NCBI RefSeq assembly: GCF_009914755.1
Contig: NC_060933.1
From: the human T2T-CHM13v2.0 reference genome, Homo sapiens
Strand: one strand, 5' to 3'
DNA: 64,000 bases
In this document: positions 42,696 through 58,826 of the stretch, in pieces
How the letters are laid out: each line of letters opens with the position of its first letter
How positions within the stretch are numbered: position 1 is the stretch's first letter
The notes under the pieces: generated by a model
Databases searched by the model: none
The model's input: the letters and a program-made list of their open reading frames with translations, nothing else
What the model was told of the DNA's origin: nothing
Made by a program: the position numbers and the translations under genes

Positions 42696-45078
42696 TGATA
42701 TGGTTAGGCTTCATGTCCCCACCCAAATCTCATCTTTAATTATAAACTTCATAGTCCCCATAATCCCCATGTGTCAGGGAGACACCAGGTGGAGGTAACT
42801 GGATCATGGGAGTCGTTTCCTCATGCTGTTCTTGTGATAGTGAGTGAGTTCTCACAAGATCTGATGGTTTTATAAGGGGCTCTTTCCCCTTTGCTCGGCA
42901 CTTCTCCTTTGTGCCACCTTGTTAAGAAAGTGCCTTGCTTCTCCTTTGCTTTTGCCAGGATTATAAGTTTACTGAGGCCTCCCCAGCTATGCTGAACTGT
43001 GAGTCAACTAAACCTCTTTCCTTTATAAATTACACAGTCCCAGGAAAGCTTCTTTATACTAGTATGAAAATGGACTAATACAATAAATAGGTACTGAAAA
43101 GAGTGGGGTGCAGCTATAAAGATACCTGAAAATGGGAAGCAACTTTGGAACTGGGTAACAGGCACACGTTGGAACTGTTTGGAGGTCTCAGAAGAAGACA
43201 GGAAGATGTAGGAAACTTTGGAACTTCCTAGATTCTTGTTGAAAGACTTTGACCAAAATGCTGATAGTGATATGGACAATGAAGTCCAGGATGAGGTGAT
43301 CTCAGATGGCGATGAAGAACTTGTTGGGAACTGGAGCAAAGGTGATTCTTGCTATGCTTCAGCAAAGAGACTGGTGGCATTTTGCCCCTGCCCTAGAGAT
43401 CTGTGGAACTTTGAACTTGAGAGAGATGATTTAGAGTATCAGGTGGAAGAAATTTCTAAGCAGCAAAGCGTTCAAGAAGTGACTTGGGTGCTCTTAAAAG
43501 CATTCAGTTTTATGCATTCACAGAGATGATTTGGAATTGGAACTAATGTTTAAAAGAAAAGCAAGCATAAAGGTTTAGAAAATGTGCAGCCTGATGATGG
43601 GATAGAAAAGAAAAACCCATTTTCTGAGGAGAAATTCAAGCTGGCTGCAGAAGTTTGCATAAGTAATGAGGAGCCAAATGTTAATAGCCAAGACAATGGG
43701 GAAAATGTCTCCAGGGCATGTCAGAGGTCTTCAAGGCAGCTCCTCCCATCACAGGCCCTGAGGCCTAGGAGGAAAAAATGGTTTTATGGGCCGGGCCCAG
43801 GGCCTTGCTGCTTTTTGCAGTCTTGGGACTTGGTGTGTTGCATCTCAGCTGTGGTTAAAAAAGGACAATGTACAGCTCAGGCCTCAGGCCATTGCTTTAC
43901 AGTGTGAAAGCCCCAAGCCTTGGTGGCTTCTACATGGTATTGGGCCTGCAGGTGCACAGAAGTCAAAAACTGAGGTTTGGGAACTCCACCTAGACTTCAG
44001 AGGATGTATGGAAATGCATGGATGTCTAGGCAGAAGTTTGCTGCAGGAGTGGAGCCCTCACGGAGAACCTCTGCTAGGGCAGTGCAGAAGGGAAATGTGG
44101 GGTCAGAGCCCCCCCAAAGAGTCCCCACTGGGGCACTGTCTAGTGCAGCTATGAGAAGAGGGCCACAGTCCTACAGACCCCCAAATGGTAGATCCACTGA
44201 CTGTTTGCACCACACCCCTGGAAAAGCCACAGATACTCAACATCAGCCTGTGAAAGCAGTCGGGAGGGAGGCTGTACCCTGCAAAGCCACAGAGGTGGAG
44301 CTGACCAAGGCCATGGGAGCCCACCTCTTGTATCAGTGTGACCTGAATGTGAGACATGGAGTCAAAGGATATCATTTTGGAGTTTCAAGATTTGATGGCC
44401 CCACTGGATTTTAGAATTGCATGGGGCCTATAGCCCCTTCATTTTGGCCAATTTCTCCCATTTGGAAGGGGCATATTTACCCAATGCCTGTACCCTCATT
44501 GTATCTAGGAAGTAACTAACTTGCTTTTGATTTTACAGGCACATAGGCGGAGGAGGGGGGTTGTCTTGTCTCAGATGAGACTTTGGACTTGGACTTTTGA
44601 GTTAATGCTGGAATGAATTAATACTTTGGGGGACCGTTGAGAAGGCATGATTGGTTTTGAAATATGAAAGGGACATGAGATTTGGGAGAGGCTGGGGCAG
44701 AATGATATGGTTAAGCTTTGTTTCCCCACCCAAATCTCATCTTGAAATTAATGCCTATAATCCCCACGTGCAAAGGCAGAGATGAGGTGGAGGTAATTCG
44801 ATCATGGGGGCAGTTTCCCCCATGCTGTTCTCATGATAGGGAGTGAGTTCTCATAAAATCTGATGGTTTTATAAGGGGCTGTTCCCCTTTCACTTGGAAC
44901 TTCTTACTGCTGCCTTGTGAAGAAGGTGCCTTGCTTCCCCTTTGCCTTCTGCCATGATTGTTACGTTTCCTGAGGCCTCGCCAGCCATGCTGAACTGTGA
45001 GTCAATTAAAACTCTTTCCTTTATAAATTACCCAGTCTCAGGCAGTTCTTTATAGCAGTATGAAAACAGACAAATACA
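42696..45078 (+). mobile_element. Full-length THE1D (MaLR): LTR 42696-43082, internal 43083-44702, LTR 44703-45078
   Basis: Both LTRs start tgatatggtta and end aataca; typical THE1 internal sequence; 5-bp TSD CCAGG / CTAGG. Confidence 0.93.
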
Positions 45079-45539
45079 CTAGGGACGGGGAACACAACCC
45101 ACGAACCACCACCTTTCACACTGCCTATCTGCCAAAATAGGTGAGGACAGAAACATTCCCCAAACCTTTGCTCCTGCTCCCTGAAAGCAAACATCCATGG
45201 CTGCACTCACAAGAGGCTCCCTAAGCCAATACTAGGGGTGGTGAGACCAGGAGTGCAAACTTTGTCCTGGGCCCAGCCTCCTGAGAGCCAAGCATGGCCC
45301 ACGGAGGCTAGGAGTGAGGTACAGATCATTGTTGACTGCCCCCAGAGAAGGACCAGGAATCTTACAGACTATGATCCTGTGTGAAGTTCCCACCTTCTAA
45401 GGGCTTTCAGCTTACAAGCTCTAAAACACCATAGCCCTTTGATCCTGGCTCGCACCAAGAAAAAACCTTGGCAGAGCTTCCAGCTTTGTACTAAACAAAG
45501 AAAACTGCAGTATGAGAAGCTAGGAATAATGAGACCAGC

Positions 45540-45800
45540 ATGTGTGTAGTCACAGACACCTCACACTTGCACGCAACATGCACACAGACACACGTGCACA
45601 CATGTCCCTGACTGAACAATAAGTCCACAGATCCATGCCTCTAAGGGATGTGTGTGCACAAGCAAGCACTCACTCATGCACAGGAGCAGATACACACAGG
45701 AGTGCACACAAACACACCCCCACCCTTGCATGCACGGCACACACACACATACACACACAGGCATGCATGCCACACACACATGCATGGCACAGACCACACA
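45540..45800. repeat. Degenerate CA-rich low-complexity tract
   Basis: Runs of cacaca/catgcac. Confidence 0.8.
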
Positions 45801-45986
45801 AGGAGGTGTTCCTAATCAAAGAGTACGTCACCTAGATCTGCACTTCTAAGTATGCGATCGAAGTCACCATTATTTCAAAAACTCATTCACAGGTGATTCT
45901 GAATCATAGCCAGATTTGGTCCAGAGAATATTACAAAGTCGATTTAAGCTCTAACAGTATAATTTAAATCAATGTAAAATGTCTAG

Positions 45987-46340
<354 letters not shown>

Positions 46341-47035
46341 TAGTCTCATGCAGCAGCAGCATTCAAGTGCAGACGATCATTTTTGTTTTTCTATTTTTGG
46401 CCATTACATCCTAAAACCTTCCTTGAAAGCACCAATTTTCCTCTAAAGCAAACAAACAAACAAACAAACAAACTACATTACAGCATAAAACCAAAGAATT
46501 CCAGGGAAAGAATATTTTCTAAAATCACATTCCAATCATTGACCTCAAATAATCCTCTGTGAATCCACAGAGCAAGTCACTATTCTATTAAAGCAGTCCA
46601 ATAAGTGAATTAATTTGTCTGCATTTTCTGAAGGCTGCAGAAGTGCCTCCTAACCCAGGGTCTGCCTCTGTGGATTCAGGCCTTCGTCTATATCGGTTCT
46701 TGTTCTCCATGCCCAAGTGCAGCTGAGCAGAACCACTGTGTGTCCTCTCTACAACAAGAGGCATCTTTCTCAGAAGGGACACGGGGCTCCAGAGTAGAGA
46801 TCACACCACCAGTTTCTCACTCTCTTCCTTTCACACTTACTAGAGAGGTGGGCTTTTGTTAAAATAGTATGCAGACTGAATACAAGAAGCAAAAAGAGGA
46901 AAAAAGGCCAAAAAAAGTTTATTATATTTTGAAATATTTCATAACTTTAAAATTAGTTTTTAAATAGTAAAAAGTTCTTTCAGAATGAAGAGAAAAGAAA
47001 CACGCACTGCAGTCCCTCAGCTATGCGGTCTCAAC

Positions 47036-47340
<305 letters not shown>

Positions 47341-49381
47341 TGCAATCTCGACTTTTTATAGCTCAGTTACCTACTTCCTCAAAAGACTCACTTATGCCTA
47401 TATGCAGCTGTGTGGCCTTTGCTCTGAATTAAAATAACATATAATTCTTAAAGGAATGGTGTTAAACTGGAACCTCTTCTTAGAACTACAGTCTGCCTTA
47501 CCCCAGTCCCCATTCCTAGCCCAACCTAACAAACGCTCATCCATTACTTGGCATATTATTCTGAAATGTTATGTTAAACAAAACAAAGAAGAGGACAAAG
47601 TAAGTCTTCAAAAAAAAAAATACACAGGCAAAAAAAAAAAAACTGTACGGGCAGACATTGTATGATTTTCATATATTACCCAAAAAATATAGCTTTGAAA
47701 ATGTTGAGCCCAAGATTAAATAAGTCAGTATAATCCCTACCACCTTTAATTTTCATTGCTTGCAAACATAGACAAGGCAAAATTTTCCAACCATTTTAAG
47801 CATGTGCAAACAGACATGCTTACTAAGTCTCAATAGTCTACAGAAGATAAAAAGGTATAGAAAGGAAACTCTCATGTGACCTGTTCCCGTTACACTACAG
47901 ATCCAGTGTCCAGAGAGGCAGGGTGGGGCCTTGGAGCACAGTGGGAGGGCGCGGCGTCTGGCCATCCTGTAGGGAGAGGAGGCCCCGTAGAGCCGGTCTG
48001 GCTGGCTGAGCCTGGACTGAGACCAGGCACGAGGTCGGTGCCCAGGGAGGCAAAGGATGGAGGAGCAACTCCCAAGAGCTAAGAGCCCCGGGGCAGCTGA
48101 TGCTGGCCCAAAGCCTGCGGTGTTGGCCAGACCCCAAGGGAAGAGCCAGAGGCCGGCGCCCAGAAGAGGAGGCCTGGTGACAGAAGGAGGCAAAACCTGA
48201 GGCATGATCAGCTTGAAGAAGGCTAAGTACAAGGCCCGTGAGAAGTAAGATTATGAACTCAGTGAACAGGCACATCCTGCGTGGCATGTGAAAGAATTCG
48301 GAACAGCGGGAAAAATTAAACCACGGAAGCAAATTTCAAGTCAACAGAAACAAGAACTTTCTAAGAACGAGAGCAGTTCAACAATGAAAAGGGTTGCTTT
48401 ACTGACTGCTGGACTGCTCATACAAGAACATTCTACAGCAGGGAGCTGGGCTGAACTTCTATAAACATTCCTCACTCCCCAAATCCTTTCCATCCCTGAA
48501 TGTGGATAGTGAGAGGGTAGACATCACGAGATACGGCATCATTCAAATCCACCCGGTGCCCGAGTCTCAAGTAGCAAGTTTTATCTAAATGTATTCAGTT
48601 CCTGGGTTTAATTAATCAGTTTGAACAGAATACTTGTACTGACTGAGCAAAGTTCAAGAAGGCAGAATAGGAACATTACATCTCATCAAGGCTGGTTACG
48701 GTGGCTCATGACTACAATCCCGACACTGGGAGGCTGAGGCAGTTCAGACCAGGCCAGGCAACACATCAAGACTGTTTCTACACACACTCACAAAAGCAAC
48801 ACAAAAAAACAAACAAAAATCCCAAATCCCATTTAGCCACTGAAATGTGTTTTGTAAGTCTATGATGAAATAAGATAAATTAGTTTCTGTCCATTTGTGG
48901 GTTTTGGAAAAGCACAACCTAAAAGAAAACTCTACCAGGTCTCTATTTTGAAGTCACTGGTAAACTGAACTGACATTCCTCATTTGTAACCAAATATCGA
49001 AATGCCATTAACAAATACAACATTAATAAACCTAAGTGCATCCACTTTGGGAAGACACATGCTGCAGTCTTTTAAATCAGACAATAGCTCAAAGGTGGGT
49101 GTAGGTTCTTCCAAAACATCTGATTTTTAAGTTCAAAATAAAAATGACCTTCCAAAACAGCCACACGATCAGGCAGCCTGTGTCACTTCCTACTTCACAC
49201 TAACTACCACGAACTCACTGAAAATAGAGCGAAAGGTCACAGAGCAGACACTGAAAGCAAAGCCCCCAGCACCAGCAGGAGAATCCAATTTTCTACTTGG
49301 GAATTGTGGACCGGAAGGGCAAGATGAGTGGCCTTTCTACTCAACGGGAGTAATGCCCTGACTTCCCTCTGGTGCCCTTTA

Positions 49382-49727
<346 letters not shown>

Positions 49728-50199
49728 CTGATAAAGATGAACAAGGACACATCTCAAAAAGAGCAAGCACAGACTGGCATGTACAATACAGCCTTTAATT
49801 AAAAAGCAAAGCAATGCTATTAATTATCCCATAGGTATGAGGTGAGAAAATATAAAAACATGTTCAAGGGAGCTGTACATGACTTAGGCCTGATGCATCT
49901 CTTTTTTATGAAAGAATGATCTCAAGCACAGGTTGCCATTTGTGTAACCTGAAGTAGGTATGCCACCACTCATTCTACTGTTCCTTCTATTTTTTGTTAC
50001 ATTAACAGGTTTTCCTAACAACCACACACAAAAAAAAAACTTTAGTAAAAACCTAGGAAAGGACAAGTCTAGTAAGCAAAGTTATAGAACAAAGTGAGGA
50101 TTTAATGTAAAACATTTTTAAGGAATGTCAAAATTCTAAAGTTATTAGTAAAATATGGCAAAAGTATAATATTGAATACCTGGTGAAAATAAAATTCTT

Positions 50200-50930
<731 letters not shown>

Positions 50931-51472
50931 CAAAAGTCATAATAATAGCAAAAAACATATTCTTGATGCTGACAGCAGGGACATGGCTAAATATGGCACC
51001 TCCACACTGTGGAGTATCATACCATCTCTGGAGAAAATAAGGAAGTCATCACCAGCTTGTATAATGGGCCCCACTTATGGGTCATAGTCCCCAGGCTTGG
51101 TCAGTCCCCAACCCGCAAGGCCGTCCCTGCCCCCTACTGAGCCCACTCCTCTGCAGGAGGCCCCGGGGGCTCTGCTCCCGCCCACAGTAGGACTGAAGGG
51201 CCACCAGGTGGGTCCAGCCGTCCAGCTGTCAGCCAGGCCTGGCCTCGGGCAGTGTGGGCCGCCATGTGGTCTCTTTCATGTTTTCACTCTTTCTGCCCTA
51301 GAGGACCTGCGTCCTTTGGTCCTTTTGCTAGAGCACTCAGCTGTCTCAGGCTGTATGACTGCAGAAAATCGCGTTTCAAGGGAATAAATCTGTAAGATTT
51401 TATGGTGAATGAATACTTCAACCTCTTTGGATTACCGCATGGTCCATGCTGATCCCAGAGGCCTTTACTTAC

Positions 51473-51800
51473 CCACGTAGTGTGGTGGCTGCAGTGACCG
51501 AGGCTTGCTGGTCCCAGAATAATGTCCGCTTGCTCTGTTACATCCCAGAACTGATTCTCAGGGATTGGGATCTGGAAGATGCTCGGCAGGAGGCTGCGGC
51601 CGCAGCGGCGCTGGGCTGGAGAGAAGGTGGCGGCGTGAGGGTCCGGCGGCGCTGGAGACCCGGCGGGCAGCGGCCAAAGCAGGGTCGGGCTGAGCCCAGC
51701 ATGGGCTCCAGGCTGCGCGAGCGAGATACCCCGGTCCCCGCCTCCGCCTCCGCCCTAGAGCCACGGAGGGGAGGCGGCCGGCGGCCCGGGCCTCTGAGCT
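51473..51800 (-). other. C9orf129: Putative non-coding first exon of the antisense chimeric gene (5' end approximate)
   Basis: Consensus minus-strand donor TGG|gtaagt (+ strand acttac at 51467-51472) at the edge of the CpG island. The TSS cannot be read from sequence. Confidence 0.55.
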
Positions 51801-52150
51801 CCGAATCCTGCGCCTTCCCGCCGCCAACGGGCTGGGGGCCGCGAGGGGCGCGGGGAGGGAACGGGAGTTTGCAAGGACGCCTGGAGATCCACTGCTTCCT
51901 CCTCTCGGCTTCAGTCTGCAGGCAGCTCTTCCCCACCAGAGCGCGTGGCTCCCCCGGCCGGGCTCGCCTCTCCCGGCGCCCGCCTCATTTGAAAACACGG
52001 CCTTTCCCACGCCCTTACCGCCGGTTCTGCCCGCGCTGCGCTCCGCTCCTCGCTCCTCTGCTCGCCCTTCGCTTTCGGCGTCCCACACCATCTCCTTCCC
52101 TCGTCGGCGGCTTCCTCTTCTGCTCCCACCCTGGTCTCCCGCCTGCCTTC
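51560..52150. promoter_or_regulatory. CpG island / GC-box promoter
   Basis: Dense CpGs and very high GC; ccgcctccgcctccgccc and ggggcgcggggagggg SP/KLF-type boxes. Confidence 0.9.
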
Positions 52151-52385
52151 CAGCACCATCTCTTTCGGATGTCATTCCTCGCAGTGAAGTTCTTTATTGA
52201 AACTGCCCCTTGCTGTCAGCACCCCAAATCTACTGAGGGTCCATCAGCAGTACAGACTGGCCGGCTTTATGTGCTAGGTCGGCTCTTAAGAAATATACTT
52301 TAAGCCTAACGGCCTCAAAAAAAAATTGTATTATCAAACATAGAGTGTGAAAATAACACTGAAATAATTTTAAACTAAAAGGCTA

Positions 52386-52710
<325 letters not shown>

Positions 52711-52980
52711 TTAGAAATCGTTATTTATTCATTTTTTTCAAAAATACATGGCCTCTCATGTCAGATTTAGCAGATGTAGGACGTTTGCCCATCTTATTTG
52801 GCAAAAATGCTTCTTAAGGATTTGATAGCGGCCCAAATTCATCAGTGTTTAAGTTTTTCTAAAACTAATTTGAAAACTTAAAAAAAAAGAAGAAACATTA
52901 TATGAATAACTAGGAAGCTGTTTCGACAGTCACTGTTAAAGAGCTTTTAAAATGGGCTCCACATGTTAATGTATGAAAAG

Positions 52981-53434
52981 CGTCAGGCCTCTGAGCCCAA
53001 GTCAAGCCATCGCATCCCCTGTGACTTGCACGTATACACCCAGATGGCCTGAAGTAACTGAAGAATCACAAAAGAAGTGAATATGCCCTGCCCCACCTTA
53101 ACTGATGACATTCCACCACAAAAGATGTGTAAATGGCCGGTCCTTGCCTTAAGTGATGACATTACCTTGTGAAAGTCCTTTTCCTGGCTCATCCTGGCTC
53201 AAAAAGCACCCCCCACTGAGCACCTTGGGACCCCCACTCCTGCCCGCCAGAGAACAAACCCCCTTTGACTGTAATTTTCCTTTACCTACCCAAATCCTAT
53301 AAAACAGCCCCACCCTTATCTCCCTTTGCTGACTCTCTTTTCGGACTCAGCCCACCTGCACCCAGGTGAAATAAACAGCCATGTTGCTCACACAAAGCCT
53401 GTTTGGTGGTCTCTTCACACAGACGCGCATGAAA
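52981..53434 (+). promoter_or_regulatory. HERV-H 5' LTR (LTR7, LTR7up-like)
   Basis: cgtcaggcctctgagcccaag...gcgcatgaaa; TATAAAA box, AATAAA, and ACAAAAGA at 53068 and 53118. Confidence 0.93.
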
Positions 53435-53436
53435 TT

Positions 53437-53454
53437 TGGTGCCATGACTCGGAT
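53437..53454 (+). other. tRNA-His primer binding site
   Basis: TGGTGCCATGACTCGGAT, one mismatch from the HERV-H PBS TGGTGCCGTGACTCGGAT. Confidence 0.92.
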
Positions 53455-56400
53455 CGGGGGACCTCCCTTAGGAGATCAATCCCCTGTCCTCCTGTTCTTT
53501 GCTCCGTGAGAAAGATCCACCTACTACCTCAGGTCCTCAGACCGACCAGCCCAAGAAACATCTCACCAATTTCAAATCCGGTAAGCGGCCTCTTTTTACT
53601 CTCTTCTCCAACCTCCCTCACTATCCCTCAACCTCTTTCTCCTTTCAATCTTGGCACCACACTTCAATCTCTCCCTTCTCTTAATTTCAATTCCTTTCAT
53701 TTTCTGGTAGAGACAAAGGAGACAAGTTTTATCCGTGGACCCAAAACTCCAGCGCCGGTCACGGACTGGGAAGGCAGCCTTCCCTTAGTGTTTAATCATT
53801 GCAGGGACACCTCTCTGATTATACACTAACGTTTCAAGGGTGTCAGACCACGTAGGGACACCTACCTTGGTCCTTCACCCTTAGCGGCAAGTCCCGCTTT
53901 TCTGGGAGAGGGGCAAGTACCCCTCCACCCCTTCTCCTTCACTCTTAGCGGCAAGTCCCACTTTTCTAGAGGAGGGGCAAGTACCCCAACCTCGTATCTC
54001 TGCGCCCCAATCCCTTATTTCCACGTCCCGACCTCTTATCTCTGCGCCCCAATCCCTTATTTCTGTACCCCGACCCCTTATTTCCATGCCCCGACCCCTT
54101 ATTTCTGCACCCCATCCCTTATTTCCGTGCCCCGACCTCTTATCTCTGCGCCCCAACCCCTTTTCCCACTTTTCTGGAAGGTAAGAACCCCCGAACCCCT
54201 TCCCTCCGTTTCTCTACTCTCTCTTTTCTCTAGGCTTGGTTCCTTCACTATGGGCAACCTTCCACCCTCCATTCGTCCTTCTACTCCCTTGGCCTGTGTT
54301 CTCAAAAACTTAAAACCTCTTAAACTCACACCTGACCTAAAACCTAAATGCCTTATTTTCTTCTGCAATGCCGCTTGACCCCAATACAAACTCGACAATA
54401 GTTCCAAATAGCCAGAAAATGGCACTTTGAATTTTTCCATCCTGCAAGATCTAAATAATTCTTGTCGTAAAATAGGCAAACGGTCTGAGGTGCCTGACGT
54501 CCAGGCATTCTTTTACACGTCAGTCCCTTCCTAGTCTCTGTGCCCAGTGCAACTCGTCCCAAATCTTCCTTCTTTCCCTCCCGCCTGTCCCCTCAGTACC
54601 AATCCCAAGCATCGCTGAGTCTTTCTAATCTTCCTTTTCTACAGACCCATCTGACCTCTCCCTTCCTCCCCAGGCTGCTCCTCGCCAGGCCAAGCTAGGT
54701 CCCAATTCTTCCTCAGCCTCCGCTCCTCCACCCTATAATCTTTTTATCGCCTCCCCTCCTCACACCTGGTCCAGCTTACAGTTTCGTTCCGTGACTAGCC
54801 CTCCCCCTCCTGCCCAGCAATTTACTCTTAAAAAGGTGGCTGGAGCTAAAAGCATAGTCAAGGTTAATGCTCCTTTTTCTTTATCCCAAATCGGATAGCG
54901 TTTAGGCTCTTTTTCATCAAATATAAAAATCCAGCCCAGTTCAGGACTCGTTTGGCAGCAACCCTGAGACACTTTACAGCCCTAGACCCTAAAAAGTCAA
55001 AAGGCCATCTTATTCTCAATATACATTTTATTACCCAATCTGCTCCCGACATTAAATAAAACTCCAAAAATTAAATTCCGGCCCTCAAACCCCACAACAG
55101 GATTTAATTAACCTCGCCTTCAAGGTGTACAATAATAGAAAAAAGTGGCACTTCCTTGCCTCCACTGTGAGACAAACCCCAGCCACATCTCCAGCACACA
55201 AGAACTTCCAAACCCCTGAACCGCAGCGGCCAGGTGTTCCTCCAGAACCTCCTCCCCCAGGAGCTTGCTACACGTGCCGGAAATCTGGCCACTGGGCCAA
55301 GGAATGCCTGCAGCCCGGGATTCCTCCTAAGCCACGTCCCATCTGTGTGGGACCCCACTGAAAATCGGACTATTCAACTCACCTGGCAGCCACTCCCAGA
55401 GCTCCTGGAACTCTGGCCCGAGGCTCTCTGACTGACTCCTTCCCAGATCTTCTCGGCTTAGCGGCTGAAGACTGACACTGCCCGATCGCCTTGGAAGCCC
55501 CCTAGACCATCATGGATGCCGAGCTGCCAGTAACTCTCACAGTGGAAGGTAAGCCCATCCCCTTCTTAATCAATACGGAGGCTACCCACTCCACATTACC
55601 TTCTTTTCAAGGGCCCGTTTCCCTTGCCTCCATAACTGTTGTGGGTATTGACAGCCAGGCTTCTAAACCTCTTAAAACTCCCCAACTCTGGTGCCAACTT
55701 AGACAATACTCTTTTAAGCACTCCTTTTTAGTTATCCCCACCTGCCCATTTCCCTTATTAGGCTGAGACACTTTAACTAAATTATGTGCTTCCCTGACTA
55801 TTCCTGGACTACAGCTATATCTCATTGCCGCCCTTCTTCCCAATCCAAAGCCTCCTTTGTGTCCTCCTCTTGTATCCCCCCACCTTAACCCACAAGTATA
55901 AGATACCTCTACTCCCTCCTTGGTGACCGATCATGCACCCCTTACCATCTCATTAAAACCTAATCACCCTTACCCCACTCAACACCAATATCCCATTCCG
56001 CAGCACGCTTTAAAAAGATTAAAGCCTGTTATCACTCGCTTGCTACAGCATGGCCTTTTAAAGCCTATAAACTCTCCTTACAATTCCCCCATTTTACCTG
56101 TCCTAAAACCAGACAAGCCTTACAAGTTAGTTCAGGATCTGCGCCTTATCAACCAAATTGTTTTGCCTATCCACCCCGTGGTGCCAAACCCATATACTCT
56201 CCTATCCTCAGTACCTGCCTCTACAACCCATTATTCTGTTCTAGATCTCAGACATGCTTTCTTTACTATTCCTTTGCACCCTTAATCCCAGCGTCTCTTC
56301 ACCTTCACTTGAACTGAGCCTGACACCCATCAAGCTCAGCAAATTACCTAGGCTGTACTGCCGCAAAGCTTCACAGACAGCCCCCATTACTTCAATCAAG

Positions 56401-58293
56401 CCCAAATTTCTTCCTCATCTGTTACCTATCTCGGCATAATTCTCATAAAAACACACGTGCTCTCCCTGCCAATCGTGTCCTACTGATCTCTCAAACCCCA
56501 GCACCTTCTACAAAACAACAACTCCTTTCCTTCCTAGACATGGTTAGCGTGGTCAGAATTCTTACACAAGAGCCAGGACCACACCCTATATAGCCTTTCT
56601 GTCCAAACAACTTGACCTTACTGTTTTAGCCTAGCCCTCATGTCTGCGTGCAGCGGCTGCCACTGCATTAATACTTTTAGAGGCCCTCAAAATCACAAAC
56701 TATGCTCAACTCACTCTCTACAGTTCTCATAACTTCCAAAATCTATTTTCTTCCTCATACCTGACACGTATACTTTCTGCTTCCTGGCTTCTTCAGCTAT
56801 ACTCACTCTTTGTTGAGTCTCCCACAATTACCGTTGTTCCTGGCCCAGACTTCAATCCGGCCTCCCACATTATTCATGATACCACACCTGACCCCCATAA
56901 CTGTATCTCTCTGATCCACCTGACATTCACCCCATTTCCCCAAATTTCCTTCTTTCCTGTTCCTCACTCTGATCACGCTTGATTTATTGATGGTGGTTCC
57001 ACCAGGCCTAATGGCCACACACCAGCAAAGGCAGGTTATGCCACTAGCCCACCTCTTAGAACCTCTCATTTCCTTTCCATCGTGGAAATCTATCCTCAAG
57101 GAAATAACTTCTCAGTGTTCCATCTGCTATTCTACTACTCCTCAGGGATTATTCAGGCCCCCTTCCTTCCCTACACATCAAGCTCGAGGATTTGCCCCAC
57201 CCAGGACTGGCAAATTAGCTTTACTCAACATGCCCTGAGTCAGATAACTAAAATACTTCTTAGTCTAGGTAGATACTTTCACTAGATAGGTAGAGGCCTT
57301 TCCTACAGGGTCTGAGAAGGCCACCGCAGTCATTTCTTCCCTTCTGTTAGACATAATTCCTCAGTTTAGCCTTCCCACCTCAATACAGTCTGATAACAGA
57401 CGAGCCTTTATTAGTCAAATCAGCCAAGCAGTTTTTCAGGCTCTTAGTATTCAGTGAAACCTTTATATCCCTTACGGTCCTCCGTCTTCAAGAAAAGTAG
57501 AATGGACTAAAGGTCTTTTAAAAACACACCTCACCAAGCTCAGTCACCAACTTAAAAAGGACTGGACAATACTTTTACCACTTTCCCTTCTCAGAATTCA
57601 GGCCTGTCCTTGGAATGCTACAGGGTACAGCCCATTTGAGCTCCTGTATAGACGCTCCTTTTTATTAGGCCCCAGTCTCATTCCAGACACCAGACCAACT
57701 TAGATTGTGCCCCCAAAAATACTTGTCATCCCTATTATCTTCTGTCTAGTCATACTCCTATTCACCGTTCTCAACTACTCATACATGCCCTGCTCTTGTT
57801 TACACTGCCGGTTTACACTGTTTTTCCAAGCCATCACAGCTGATATCTCTTGGTGCTATCCCCAAACTGCCACTCTTAACTCTTGAAGTAAATAAATAAT
57901 CTTTGCTGGCAGGACTATGCTGAATCTCCTTAGGCACTCTCTAATCAGATATCCTGATTCGTCCCAATTCTTAGACCTTTTATACCTGTTTTTCTCCTTC
58001 TGTTATTCCATTTAGTTTCTCAATTCATCCAAAACCGTATCCAGGCCATCACCAATCATTCTATACAACAAATGTTTCTTCTAACATCCCCACAATATCA
58101 CCCCTTACCACAAGACCTCCCTTCAGCTTAATCTCTCCCACTCTAGGTTCCCACGCCGCCCCTAATCCCGCTTGAAGCAGCCCTGAGAAACGTCGCCCAT
58201 TCTCTCTCCATATAACCCCCCAAAAATTTTCGCCACCCCAACACTTCAACACTATTTTGTTTTATTTTTCTTATTAATATAAGAAGGCAGGAA

Positions 58294-58740
58294 TGTCAGG
58301 CCTCTGAGCCCAAGCCAAGCCATCGCATCCCCTGTGACTTGCACGTATATGCCCAGATGGCCTGAAGTAACTGAAGAATCACAAAAGAAGTGAATATGCC
58401 CTGCCCCACCTTAACTGATGACATTCCACCACAAAAGAAGTGTAAATGGCCGGTCCTTGCCTTAAGTGATGACATTACCTTGTGAAAGTCCTTTCCCTGG
58501 CTCATCCTGGCTCAAAAAGCACCCCCACTGAGCACCTTGGGACCCCCACTCCTTCCTGCCAGAGAACAAACCCCCTTTGACTGTAATTTACCTACCCAAA
58601 TCCTATAAAACGGCCCCACCCTTATCTCCCTTTGCTGACTCTCTTTTCGGACTCAGTCCGCCTGCACCCAGGTGAAATAAACAGCCATGTTGCTCACACA
58701 AAGCCTGTTTGGTGGTCTCTTCACACGGACACCCATGAAA
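58294..58740 (+). promoter_or_regulatory. HERV-H 3' LTR (LTR7)
   Basis: tgtcaggcctctgagcccaag...cccatgaaa; by hand about 14 substitutions and 2 indels versus the 5' LTR. Confidence 0.95.
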
Positions 58741-58826
58741 AAAAGGAAGTTGCCAGGCTGTCTTGTAAAAGGATTATTTAGAAATTTGAGTAGTCTTAGT
58801 GTTATGTAGCTGTTTTAGGAAAAGCA

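Larger units (their letters stand above)
52981..58740 (+). mobile_element. Full-length (5.76 kb, env-deleted type) HERV-H provirus
   Basis: Two LTR7s; 5-bp TSD AAAAG (52976-52980, 58741-58745); tRNA-His PBS; gag zinc knuckle CYTCRKSGHWAKEC (55125-55361); protease remnant (55512-55766); RT remnant SPYNSPILPVLKPDKPYKLVQDLR...VLDLRHAFF (55920-56285); PPT aagaaggcaggaa (58281-58293). All ORFs are broken. Confidence 0.97.

Noticed and set aside
43218-44414. ORFs of 100-145 aa inside THE1D
   Set aside because: Fragments of the degenerate MaLR internal ORF.
51446-52303. 285-aa plus-strand and 205-aa minus-strand ORFs over the CpG island
   Set aside because: Arg/Pro/Gly-rich frames typical of stop-poor CpG islands; no homology recognised.
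53985-54160. Array of ~20-bp repeats (cccttatttctgcgccccga) superficially like a CRISPR array
   Set aside because: No unique spacers; this is a tandem repeat within the HERV-H leader in a eukaryotic genome.
55125-57700. HERV-H gag/pro/pol as functional proteins
   Set aside because: Multiple stops and frameshifts, a degenerate protease active site (NTEA in place of DTGA) and no env.
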